Positions 38,244-47,344 of a DNA stretch of 64,000 nt are shown here, in pieces (within the stretch, counting starts at the first letter, position 1; every line of letters begins with the position of its first letter). The stretch is taken from assembly GCA_050950145.1 (NCBI GenBank), contig JBMNHB010000001.1, positions 208,511 through 272,510 on the forward strand, written 5' to 3'. A program made the translations under genes and the position numbers. The notes under the pieces are model-generated. The model saw nothing but the letters and a program-made list of their open reading frames with translations, was not told where the DNA came from and made no database searches. Source of the DNA: Candidatus Dojkabacteria bacterium. GTDB lineage: Bacteria; Patescibacteriota; Dojkabacteria; SC72.

Positions 38244-40705
38244 TGAAGATAAAGACTGCCATTAAAATATTTTTACTTGTATTTCTTTCTTTTTTTATTC
38301 TTGATAGGGTTTCTTTAGCACAATATACACCAGATGTGGAGAATGTTATTACCTATGTCAATGTTGGTGCTGATATATATTCACAGATTACTTTAAGTCC
38401 TCAGAATGTAGAAATAACTCAACAATCTGAGGTGTTAATTAGAGCATATAATGGAGATACTACGCCGAAAGTTGGAAGAACAATTGAAATATATGTTGAT
38501 GGTTCTTCTGCAAATGTAACTATAGTTCAGCCACAACCTACTGATTCTACTGGTAGTGCTACTGGGTATATTAGCGCAACTGCTCCTGGGTCATATAGGA
38601 TATGTGGGAGGGATATTACAGGTGGAGGTTCTGTAGAAATACAGCAGTGTGAAATGCTGTTTGTTACTCCTGTTGCAGTTCCTGTAATGAATGCTGAACC
38701 ACAGTATACAGCTGGAACAAGTAATACTGTTTCTTGGAGTATTACAGGAACAAATCCATATCAATACTATGTAGAAGCCAGTACTGATTCTAATTTTGCT
38801 ACTATTGCAGGTAGTAGTGGATGGATATCTTCTACATCTGCGATTTTTAGTGGTCTTTCTAGTGGTGAGATTTATTACTATCGTGTTAAAGCAAGAAACC
38901 AGGGAGGGGGAGAGAGTAGTTGGTCTAATTCAGTGTATTCTGTGCAAGAGGCAAGTGCTCCACAAATTTCATTGATTAGTGTTACAAAACCAACGGGTGC
39001 AACAACAACTGACTTTGATCCTGAGTCAACAATAACTCTTACCTATCGGATAGAGGATAATATTGCTGTTGCTACAAGGGATTTATGGGTTGTTTTACCA
39101 TCAGGGGATAGAATAAAAGTTCTGTATACTCAGGTAATTAATGGTAATATTTGGAATGTAAGTATAAAGCTTGGAGATTTACCAAAAGACTCTTTAGGTA
39201 ACCTTTACTCTACATACAGTTTCTATATAGAAGCAACAGACAATGTTGGAAATAAAAGTTGGGATAATAGTGCAAGTGTGAATTTTGCAAAACCTTCAGT
39301 ACCACCAGTAGAGCCAATAGTACCATCAACTCCAGGTATTCCTGTATTGTTATCTCCTGAGGATAATCTTACACCGAGTTGGACATGGGTTCCTTCATAT
39401 GGTAGTGATGGTAGTATTGTAACTAAATATATAGTGGAATGGTGTCAGAATGAAGATTTTTCAGACTGTGAATCCAACTCTGTAGTTATTGATACCAACT
39501 CATTTACTCATACTTCAGAGCTTTCTGTCGGAAAATGGTACTTTAGAACAAGAGCTGTAAGTAAGGATGGTACATTAAGTGATTGGTCTGTTAAAGAGTT
39601 CATGATAAAGGGGGTAACGACTACTGACGAGAAGCCAGAACCTCCTACTCCCCCAGAACCTACAAAACCAAATATAGGGGGTTGGATTACGGATAATGTT
39701 GTAACTCCAATTAAAGATTTTGGAGAATCTATTCTAGAGAACACGATAGGAAAACTTGATGATGAAACAGTTCAAACAGTTACGGTTAGTAGTGTTGTCG
39801 CTAATGTTGCGGTAGGTATGGGATTGGTTATTAATATTTTAGGAACAATTCCATATATTATTGTTCAAGGAGTTTTAGCTATGTTGAGTTTATTAGGGTT
39901 TAGGGTAAAAGGTAATATCACTGGTTATGTCTATAACTCTATCACAAAAGATCCTCTTAAACAGGTTATTGTTAGAATCTATAACGAGAAAAATGAACTT
40001 GTCTGGACAGATGTTTCTGATTCTAATGGGCGATTTAGAACACCTGAGGTTGAGAATGGTAAATATTATATTCAACTAACAGCAAGAGAGCATAAATTTC
40101 CATCTTCTATTATCACTGGTCATTCAGACTTTCCACTGGAGGATGTGTATTTAGGACATATGTTTGAGGTTAAGGATGGTAAGATTCCTAGATTTTCAAT
40201 TCCAGTGGATCCTTTAGAGGTTAATAAGGTAAAGATGATAATGGAGAGATTTCTTTCCAGAACCAAATGGTTATGGAAACCACTTCACATTCTTTTGTTT
40301 GTCTTAGGTCTTTCATTTAGTGTATACGCAGTAAAGATTAATCCTGTTTGGTGGAACTATATGATTCTGTTCTTCTATATCCCATCTTTAGTAATGCTTT
40401 TACTTAGTTTATTTAGAAAATCTGAAAAGTATGGTGTTGTAAAGGATTCTTCAGGAAATATTCTTAAGAATGTAGTTATATCTTTAATTGATAGCGAATT
40501 TGGTAAGGTTGAAGCTACAAGGGTTAGTGATGATGCAGGTAGGTATAGATTCTTAATTGAGGGTAAAGGAGAGTATACTATTTCTGTTTCAGATACAAAC
40601 TATGTTTTAGTAGAACCTGAGAAGTATGAGAAGATAAAGGTGCATAGAGAAAGTACTACTATTCTTTCTCCAAATCTTATTGTTAAAAGTAGAACTCAGA
40701 ATTAA
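38243..40705 (+). CDS. Large surface protein: signal peptide, multiple fibronectin-III-like repeats, TM segments and two carboxypeptidase-regulatory-like (transthyretin-like) domains
   Basis: Repeated FN3-like ends (SGEIYYYRVKARNQGG, GKWYFRTRAVSKDG). CarbopepD_reg-like GNITGYVYNSITKDPLKQVIVRIYN and GVVKDSSGNILKNVVISLID. Hydrophobic helices between them. Confidence 0.6.
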   Translation: MKIKTAIKIFLLVFLSFFILDRVSLAQYTPDVENVITYVNVGADIYSQITLSPQNVEITQQSEVLIRAYNGDTTPKVGRTIEIYVDGSSANVTIVQPQPTDSTGSATGYISATAPGSYRICGRDITGGGSVEIQQCEMLFVTPVAVPVMNAEPQYTAGTSNTVSWSITGTNPYQYYVEASTDSNFATIAGSSGWISSTSAIFSGLSSGEIYYYRVKARNQGGGESSWSNSVYSVQEASAPQISLISVTKPTGATTTDFDPESTITLTYRIEDNIAVATRDLWVVLPSGDRIKVLYTQVINGNIWNVSIKLGDLPKDSLGNLYSTYSFYIEATDNVGNKSWDNSASVNFAKPSVPPVEPIVPSTPGIPVLLSPEDNLTPSWTWVPSYGSDGSIVTKYIVEWCQNEDFSDCESNSVVIDTNSFTHTSELSVGKWYFRTRAVSKDGTLSDWSVKEFMIKGVTTTDEKPEPPTPPEPTKPNIGGWITDNVVTPIKDFGESILENTIGKLDDETVQTVTVSSVVANVAVGMGLVINILGTIPYIIVQGVLAMLSLLGFRVKGNITGYVYNSITKDPLKQVIVRIYNEKNELVWTDVSDSNGRFRTPEVENGKYYIQLTAREHKFPSSIITGHSDFPLEDVYLGHMFEVKDGKIPRFSIPVDPLEVNKVKMIMERFLSRTKWLWKPLHILLFVLGLSFSVYAVKINPVWWNYMILFFYIPSLVMLLLSLFRKSEKYGVVKDSSGNILKNVVISLIDSEFGKVEATRVSDDAGRYRFLIEGKGEYTISVSDTNYVLVEPEKYEKIKVHRESTTILSPNLIVKSRTQN

Positions 40706-40755
40706 GTAAGTATTGAAAAATATCCATTATATTACTATAATTACAGCTGTTTAAT

Positions 40756-40828
40756 GGGTGCATAGCTCAATCGGTAGAGCAAACGACTCTTAATCGTTTG
40801 GTTCAGGGTTCGAGTCCCTGTGCACCCA
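40756..40828 (+). tRNA. tRNA-Lys (anticodon CUU); CCA not encoded
   Basis: Cloverleaf folded by hand: acceptor GGGTGCA/TGCACCC, D-arm GCTC...GAGC, anticodon stem AACGA/TCGTT with loop CTCTTAA, T-arm CAGGG-TTCGAGT-CCCTG, discriminator A. Confidence 0.85.
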
Positions 40829-40854
40829 TGTTTCCACGAGTTTATCTTTCTAAC

Positions 40855-41262
40855 TTAGCGATTTAGATATTCTTTAATTAATTCAATATCTGGAATATCT
40901 TTCTCTCTTCTTAGGTGTTCTTTTACTTTTAATAATACATCTAATTCTATATATCTAACTCCATCTATAATAGTTGTTTGTTTGATAAGGTCTTCGTATG
41001 TTAAATCTTTCATAAAGTCATCCATATACCATCTATCACTAAACTCTACTATTCCATTTGTATAGAGTATAGCTCCATATTCATTAGTTGTTTCAATAAC
41101 ATTATAGTTTCTAAGAAGTTCTAAAAGAGTTTCCTTATCAACTACTACATCTACATCATGACTTTCTTTTAAACCTAAAGCATTGAGAATTCCAGACCCT
41201 ATTACAACAGAATTCTCTTTATTTAATGATAGTTTTGCTAACTCTTCTTTAAAATCTAACAT
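40855..41262 (-). CDS. Minimal nucleotidyltransferase (Pol-beta superfamily) fold protein
   Basis: GSGILNALGLKESHDVDVVVD matches the GS...G...SDxD NTase motif. No HEPN partner is evident. Confidence 0.4.
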   Translation of the reverse strand: MLDFKEELAKLSLNKENSVVIGSGILNALGLKESHDVDVVVDKETLLELLRNYNVIETTNEYGAILYTNGIVEFSDRWYMDDFMKDLTYEDLIKQTTIIDGVRYIELDVLLKVKEHLRREKDIPDIELIKEYLNR

Positions 41263-41356
41263 ATGTTGATTATAACAGATATAATCTCATAATAATGGTA
41301 TGAGGTTAAAACTGTTATCTGGTTATTACAAACCTCTCACATTATAATTAGGAATA

Positions 41357-41692
41357 ATGTTAGATATACTAAAAGGAAACAAACCATTATTCATAAAAGA
41401 GCTACATACAGTTCACAAAATGATTTCAACAAGAAAGACTTTTACAGGTAGGCATGTCAACTATATCTCAGAATGGTTGAAACTACTAAAATCTATTTCT
41501 TGGAAAATTTTTCATATTCGTAATATAGATCAAATAGAGTGGAGAAGGGTAATAGATGAAATAGATAAGGATATGATTAAGACAGATAAAAACAAAAAAG
41601 GATATCTAAGGATTATGAAAGAGAATAGGAGAGATGTTTTAGAAAGAGATATTAATGCGTTGGAGGGGAGGATAAATAGTAATTACAATTAA
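41357..41692 (+). CDS. Hypothetical protein inside a direct-repeat-flanked cassette
   Basis: ORF only; no recognisable motif. Confidence 0.3.
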   Translation: MLDILKGNKPLFIKELHTVHKMISTRKTFTGRHVNYISEWLKLLKSISWKIFHIRNIDQIEWRRVIDEIDKDMIKTDKNKKGYLRIMKENRRDVLERDINALEGRINSNYN

Positions 41693-41752
41693 GTACTTCA
41701 GTCTTTATTTAATATATAATCACCTGCGTATCCTATAGCTAAACAGCCTTGG

Positions 41753-42169
41753 ATGTTGTATAATCCTACTTGTACATTAACAAATTACATCTTGTTTACT
41801 AATTTACTAATTAGAAAAGGAGAAATAATGACTAAAAAGTCACTTGTTATTTTAAATAACCATGGAAGGTTCTTAATTTCCTGTAAAGAAAACCCCATTA
41901 AGTTTATTTTACGGAATGTAGAAAAAAACATGGTTGTAAAGTTGAAATCTAAGGATTCAGTTGGTTGGGAAGTGATGGATGATATTGGAAAAGGGATGAA
42001 ACATCCAAGTGGATTTCTCCTTACTCCGTCAGTTGTTTACTTCCCGTTTTCTGTTGAACCAGACCCGAATAAGGGTGTGCAGATAGTACTAGATATCTCT
42101 AGAACTGAGAAGGGGCCTAAAGTCCTATCTCTTGAATGTTCCTCACCTTTTAAGGTGAGAAGGTTATAA
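41753..42169 (+). CDS. Hypothetical protein. The likely start is ATG 41828 (MTKKSLVIL)
   Basis: ORF only; no recognisable motif. Confidence 0.3.
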   Translation: MLYNPTCTLTNYILFTNLLIRKGEIMTKKSLVILNNHGRFLISCKENPIKFILRNVEKNMVVKLKSKDSVGWEVMDDIGKGMKHPSGFLLTPSVVYFPFSVEPDPNKGVQIVLDISRTEKGPKVLSLECSSPFKVRRL

Positions 42170-42263
42170 TTAAACATTAAGGTAGATAAGATGTAATAAT
42201 GGTATGAGGTTATATATATGTGAACATATTCACTATACTTTTGAAAGTATGTATAACCTCATA

Positions 42264-43898
42264 TTAAATCTTCTTACTCATATATAACTCGCCTCTCTTG
42301 TATCCTAACTTCTTGTAATATTCTCTAGTACCAATAGCAGATATAACAGAGATTTTCTGATAACCTTTCTTTTTAGAAATATCTTCTGCTATCTTTATCA
42401 ACTCCTTACCTAATCCTAAGTGTTGAGATTCTCCCTGTTTACTCTCTCTATCTATTCCTACAACCTTACCATAAACATGTACCTCTCTAATGATAGAGGT
42501 ATTTTGTAACTCCTCTAATCTATGTTTTCTGCTTAATATCTTCTTAGGTAAAAACAATCTCAAAAATCCACATATCTTATCACTCTTCTTTGTTTTGTAT
42601 GAAATGAAAATATCTGCACCTACAGTACTCTTGTATGTAATCTTCTCTAACTTAATATCATTCTTAGAAATTTCTTCTCCCTTAATCTCCCTACTTCTAA
42701 TATCTTCTGATTCAATACCTTTCTTTCTTAAATACTCCTCAACAACCTCTCTAAGATTAGTCTTCTTGTTTCCTGCAGCAATCTCTGTAGAAGGTATATC
42801 CCTAATTACTCTAGACAACCTACAGTATCTAGGAGTAGAAGCAATACACTCACCAACAACCCTTATCAATGTCTTCTCATCATATGGCTTGTGTTTACCT
42901 TCTTTGTATAAATCATACAACTCAGTACCCTCAATCACAGAAGTGGGATAGATTTTCATCTCATCAGGGTGATATGGTTCTATAAACAATTCTTTGTATC
43001 CAGTAATATCTAACTTAGGTGTAGAGAGATAGAGGTTGGGCATCCAATGACCATGTATCTTAAAACCAAACATTCTTAACAATTCAAAAGCTCTCTTCGT
43101 ATCCTCATTATCTCTTCCTGTCTCATTCTCTCTCAGTACCTTGTCCGACAGAGATTGAATACCAATCTGTATCTTTGTAGCACCAAGTCTTCTGAGGTAC
43201 ATTAACTCTCCAGCTGTGATAAAGTCAGGTCTTGTTTCAAGAACTAAACCAACATTTCTACAATATGCTGTTTCATTCTTTATTTGCTCCTTCTCTAAAT
43301 CTTTCCAATCAGTTTGTTCCATTGTAAACTCTCTTGGTTGTATATATTCCTTTGTACTCTTCTTAACTCTGTTTAATGCTCTAAAACATTCTTTCACAAA
43401 CCATATCTTGTAATTACCATCATATGCAGAGAATGTACCACCTAAGATAATTAACTCAACCTTCTCAATATTATGACCAACATTCTTTAATGCAACCAAC
43501 CTGTTATACACCTGTGCATACGGATCAAACTTCAACTTTAATGCTCTTTGTGCACCGGGTTCTGAAGCAATATAGCTCTTGGGCATACTTCTATCATTAG
43601 GACAGAATATACAGTTACCTGGACAGTAGTAGGGCATAGTCATAACAGTAACAACAGCTACACCAGAATTTGTTCTAGTAGGTTTCAATCTAATTCTTTT
43701 TTCAATTAGAGATATATCTATTTTAGAAAAATCTTTCTTTACTGAATCAAACATTTTTACAAGTTCATCATTACGATATATCCCACCATTATCTTTTTTG
43801 TAGTTTCTAAGAATCTTGTTTAGAGAATTCTCATTCCATTTTTTCTGAGAAACTATTTCTGAAAAAATATCTTTTATTTTATCTATATTTTTCTTCAT
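42264..43898 (-). CDS. elp3: Elp3-family radical-SAM/GNAT protein (tRNA U34 carboxymethyl-modification enzyme homolog)
   Basis: Radical SAM region PYYCPGNCIFCPND...ELIILGGTFS parallels Elp3 CPGGPDS...EFIVMGGTF. C-terminal GNAT ESQHLGLGKELIKIAE...ISVISAIGTREYYKKLGY parallels Elp3 HQGYG...AVISGVGVRHYYRKLGY. Confidence 0.8.
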   Translation of the reverse strand: MKKNIDKIKDIFSEIVSQKKWNENSLNKILRNYKKDNGGIYRNDELVKMFDSVKKDFSKIDISLIEKRIRLKPTRTNSGVAVVTVMTMPYYCPGNCIFCPNDRSMPKSYIASEPGAQRALKLKFDPYAQVYNRLVALKNVGHNIEKVELIILGGTFSAYDGNYKIWFVKECFRALNRVKKSTKEYIQPREFTMEQTDWKDLEKEQIKNETAYCRNVGLVLETRPDFITAGELMYLRRLGATKIQIGIQSLSDKVLRENETGRDNEDTKRAFELLRMFGFKIHGHWMPNLYLSTPKLDITGYKELFIEPYHPDEMKIYPTSVIEGTELYDLYKEGKHKPYDEKTLIRVVGECIASTPRYCRLSRVIRDIPSTEIAAGNKKTNLREVVEEYLRKKGIESEDIRSREIKGEEISKNDIKLEKITYKSTVGADIFISYKTKKSDKICGFLRLFLPKKILSRKHRLEELQNTSIIREVHVYGKVVGIDRESKQGESQHLGLGKELIKIAEDISKKKGYQKISVISAIGTREYYKKLGYKRGELYMSKKI

Positions 43899-43944
43899 AT
43901 TTTTGATATCCTATATTATCTAATATTTTAAACATTCTTTCCAG

Positions 43945-44556
43945 ATGAAAAAACCAAAAATTGCACAAGAGAGAACATTAGTGTTAATCAAACCTGATGT
44001 ATTACAAAGACAGTTAGTAGGTGAGATACTGTCTAGATTTGAGAGGAAGGGTATTAAGATGACTGCAATCAAGATGCTTAATGCTACTAAAGAACAGGTA
44101 GGTGAACACTATATTGATGAAGAATCATATTTAATTGAAACTGGTGAGAAAGCAAAAAAAGGTGCTATTGCAAGAGGTGAAGATATTACTAACTGGAATT
44201 CATTAGAACAAGGGAAGAAGATTAGGCAGAGGAATATTAATTATCTTACATGTGGTCCGATTGTGGCTATGGTTTTTGAAGGTTTTGGAGTAATATCTCA
44301 GGTTAGGAAGATTCTAGGTAGTGCTAGTCCAGCAGAAGGAGATATTGGAACTATTAGAGATGACTATTCTATTGATACATATGCTCTTGCAGATTTCTTA
44401 GATAGGTCAACTATGACTATGTTACATGCTTCTGATTCAGTAGAGAATGCAGAGAGAGAATTGAAGATATGGTTTAAGGAGAGTGAGATATGTAACAACT
44501 ACGAGACTGGTGTAGAGAAGATTTTCTATGATGCAGAGTGGAGTAAGGGGAAGTAG
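43945..44556 (+). CDS. ndk: Nucleoside diphosphate kinase (long form with insertion and C-terminal extension)
   Basis: TLVLIKPDVLQRQLVGEILSRFERKGIKM, GPIVAMVFEGFGVISQVRKILG, GTIRDDYS and MLHASDSVENAEREL (catalytic His region). Confidence 0.8.
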   Translation: MKKPKIAQERTLVLIKPDVLQRQLVGEILSRFERKGIKMTAIKMLNATKEQVGEHYIDEESYLIETGEKAKKGAIARGEDITNWNSLEQGKKIRQRNINYLTCGPIVAMVFEGFGVISQVRKILGSASPAEGDIGTIRDDYSIDTYALADFLDRSTMTMLHASDSVENAERELKIWFKESEICNNYETGVEKIFYDAEWSKGK

Positions 44557-44580
44557 GTTGTATAAATCCAATCTTTATTA

Positions 44581-45204
44581 TTACATCTTTAATATCTCAT
44601 TAATAACTTCTTTTTTCTTTAATATATCTGCTGTTTTCTTTGGAAGAGTAGATAAAAATTTCTTTAAAGCTTTAAAATCTTTCCTCATATCTTCTTTAAG
44701 ATTAGGATTGTAAAGTGCAGCTGCAGGATGATACATAGCAAATATTGGAATACCTGTTGGATGTTCAAATGCTTGTCCATGAGAAGCTGTAATACTTGCA
44801 CCTGGTACAAACCTACCTAATGAATGTCTTCCTAGAGTTACAATTACTTTAGGTTTTACAAATAATAATTCTGCATTTAACCATACTCTACATGCATCCT
44901 TTTCTTCTTCTTGTGGTTCTCTGTTAGAAGGTGGTCTATATTTAACAACATTACTTACATATACCTCTTCTCTTGTATATCCAATACTCTGTAACAATTC
45001 ATCTAAGAATTTTCCAGCAGAACCTACAAATGGTCTTCCTTGTAGATCTTCATGTCTGCCAGGAGCTTCTCCTATAAAGAGTATTCCAGATGATGGAGGA
45101 GTTATTTCATATACTGGTTGGGTAGCTACTTCCTTTAATCCACAACTATTATGTACAGCATAGTATTCATGTAGATCTTTGAGCGTTTTGAAATCAGTTT
45201 TCAT
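44581..45204 (-). CDS. Uracil-DNA glycosylase, family 4/5-like
   Basis: GEAPGRHEDLQGRPFVGSAGKFLDELL is the family-4 UDG motif. Confidence 0.8.
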   Translation of the reverse strand: MKTDFKTLKDLHEYYAVHNSCGLKEVATQPVYEITPPSSGILFIGEAPGRHEDLQGRPFVGSAGKFLDELLQSIGYTREEVYVSNVVKYRPPSNREPQEEEKDACRVWLNAELLFVKPKVIVTLGRHSLGRFVPGASITASHGQAFEHPTGIPIFAMYHPAAALYNPNLKEDMRKDFKALKKFLSTLPKKTADILKKKEVINEILKM

Positions 45205-45301
45205 TTGTTGATTATATCATTTTATAATGTAGTTATTTTAATATTGTGATATATTTAGATAATAGTGAAGGTCATGTATATAACTTTTTACATAAACAAT
45301 T

Positions 45302-46291
45302 ATGAAAGAAGAAAGTAATAATACAAAGAAACTTTCTTTAACTAAAAAGCAGAAAATTCTGCTTGTAATCTCAATACTTCTTTTTCTTGTAATATGCTTA
45401 GAGATAGTATTATTTATCCATGCAAGAAAGAACAAGGATACTGGTATAAATCAGGATAGAAGGAGTAAGAAGATAGTTGCAGAATTACAGGAAGAAGAGG
45501 AATTAGTAATAAGGGAAGAGGAAATGGTAGAGGATGTAGAAAAGCCATCATCAACACCATCCAAACCCTCCGAAGAAACATCATCTAGTACTCCTTCCTC
45601 AGAATCTAAGACACCTGTGTTTGAGGCCTTGCCACCTCCAAAGATAGTACCTCCGAGAGAACAAGTTGAAAGTTTATGGACTCCTGATGCTACAAGTGTG
45701 ATTATAGATTCAAAGGAAACAATAACAATTAATGGTACAAAATACTTAACAGTAACAGTAAGAAGGGGAACACTTAAAGTTGGAGATACTCTTAAACAAA
45801 CAGGTATTTGTGAGATAGTACCTAATGTCTCGACAAGGATAACTAAAATGATTAAGGCAGGAAAGTTAGTAAATTCTGCAACTGTATCGGAGTCAGTTGG
45901 TATTGCTATGGATAATGATTATTTCTACAAACGAGCAACCTTTGGTACAGATATGCAATTAGCTACTAAAGTAAAACTTAAAGTATATGTATTTACTAAG
46001 GAAGAAGGAAACACGAAAGAACAATCTGTTGTAAACAATCAAGGTTATCTTCTTTCTTTCGTACCTGAAGACCCTTCGGGTAGAACTTTCATAACAGGAA
46101 ACGGTACACCTGTAATATCAAAACCCATTAAGCCTGGAGAAGCTGCGGAGATAGAGATGAGAAAGTTTATAATGCTTGGAGGTCCTGCTTTGTATGAACC
46201 TGGAACAAGAATAAAAGTAAAAGACCAGAATACTAATGAGCAAATAGGTATTGCAGTTATTACTGGATATCCACCATGTCCACATAAATAA
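45302..46291 (+). CDS. Hypothetical membrane-anchored/secreted protein (N-terminal TM, Ser/Pro-rich linker, C-terminal globular domain)
   Basis: LLVISILLFLVICLEIVLFI TM helix, then a PSSTPSKPSEETSSSTPSSESKTP linker. Confidence 0.4.
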   Translation: MKEESNNTKKLSLTKKQKILLVISILLFLVICLEIVLFIHARKNKDTGINQDRRSKKIVAELQEEEELVIREEEMVEDVEKPSSTPSKPSEETSSSTPSSESKTPVFEALPPPKIVPPREQVESLWTPDATSVIIDSKETITINGTKYLTVTVRRGTLKVGDTLKQTGICEIVPNVSTRITKMIKAGKLVNSATVSESVGIAMDNDYFYKRATFGTDMQLATKVKLKVYVFTKEEGNTKEQSVVNNQGYLLSFVPEDPSGRTFITGNGTPVISKPIKPGEAAEIEMRKFIMLGGPALYEPGTRIKVKDQNTNEQIGIAVITGYPPCPHK

Positions 46292-46330
46292 GGCTTAAAG
46301 AGTTAGTGTTGTAGAATATATACAGGGTTT

Positions 46331-46771
46331 TTACTTGGTAACCCAAAAAGTTACCTGCCCTATCTTTGTATTGGGATATATCTTAACAGGTTTAACAACA
46401 TGAATAGTTAGAGTAGGTTTCTGTATAGAACCCAGGTCTATTAAATCAGCAGTAATATTTACAAAGATACCAAGTCTGCCTGTAGATGATCTTCCTTTAA
46501 TAATAGGTACGAAATATTTACTACCAATTGTTTCAATAGTTCTACCAATATATATTTTCTTAGGACTAAGTGTTAAACCTTGAGTAGGTATAACTAACTC
46601 TTCTAATTCATTATCCTTTGTAGGATCTAATAGATCATCTTTGTATGTATAGAGTACATTATCAATATGAAAATCATATGAATTAGTTTCAACATCCTTA
46701 ATATTAAAAGGATCTATTACTATTCTCCCTTTTTTTACTTCTTTTTTTATCTCACTTCCTGTTAATATCAT
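46331..46771 (-). CDS. dCTP deaminase/dUTPase-superfamily protein (short form)
   Basis: MILTGSEIKKEVKKGRIVIDPF matches the MILSDRDI...IEPF Dcd N-terminus. Confidence 0.65.
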   Translation of the reverse strand: MILTGSEIKKEVKKGRIVIDPFNIKDVETNSYDFHIDNVLYTYKDDLLDPTKDNELEELVIPTQGLTLSPKKIYIGRTIETIGSKYFVPIIKGRSSTGRLGIFVNITADLIDLGSIQKPTLTIHVVKPVKIYPNTKIGQVTFWVTK

Positions 46772-47289
46772 TTTGTTTTCTCATTGTATAATTTACTAGG
46801 ATATGGTTCATTTTTTGTTGCATAGAACTCTATATCCTCAATCTCTTTCTTTCCTTTTGGAACCCAGAATGTAACCTGTCCTATCTCCATATTAGGATAT
46901 ATTCTTAAATTTTGCACTACAGTAATCTCTAAAGTCCATCTATGAGCTTTACCTAATTGTCCTAGATCTGCTGTGATTTGAAGAAACATACCTAACTTAG
47001 CAATCCTATTCCTTCCAATTAATGATGTAACGTACTCCTTACTACCAATTGTTTCAACTGTTGTGCCAAGATATAGTCTTCTTGGTTCAAGTACATATCC
47101 TTTAGCTGGAATTTTAACCTTTCTTGTTTTAGGTTTCTTCTTTTTATCTCCAACTTGTAATACTTCTACAAGTGTATCTCCTAGGTGATAGATATAGCTG
47201 TTGGGTTTTAAGCATTTCTCATCAAATGGATCTATGATAATATTTCCTTTTTTAACTTCTTTCTCTATCTCTTTGGCAGTTAGTATCAT
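46768..47289 (-). CDS. dCTP deaminase/dUTPase-superfamily protein (paralog with a Lys-rich insertion)
   Basis: MILTAKEIEKEVKKGNIIIDPFDEKCLKPNSY. Overlaps the downstream paralog by 4 nt. Confidence 0.65.
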   Translation of the reverse strand: MILTAKEIEKEVKKGNIIIDPFDEKCLKPNSYIYHLGDTLVEVLQVGDKKKKPKTRKVKIPAKGYVLEPRRLYLGTTVETIGSKEYVTSLIGRNRIAKLGMFLQITADLGQLGKAHRWTLEITVVQNLRIYPNMEIGQVTFWVPKGKKEIEDIEFYATKNEPYPSKLYNEKTK

Positions 47290-47344
47290 GTACCCATTAT
47301 ATACATAAAATATATTGTATGAAAGAGATTATAGTGTAAAAACT

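Noticed and set aside
40855-41262. Minimal nucleotidyltransferase considered as half of an MNT-HEPN toxin-antitoxin pair
   Set aside because: No HEPN-like partner ORF is adjacent on the same strand; it is flanked by tRNA-Lys and plus-strand ORFs. It is left as a solo nucleotidyltransferase-fold protein.
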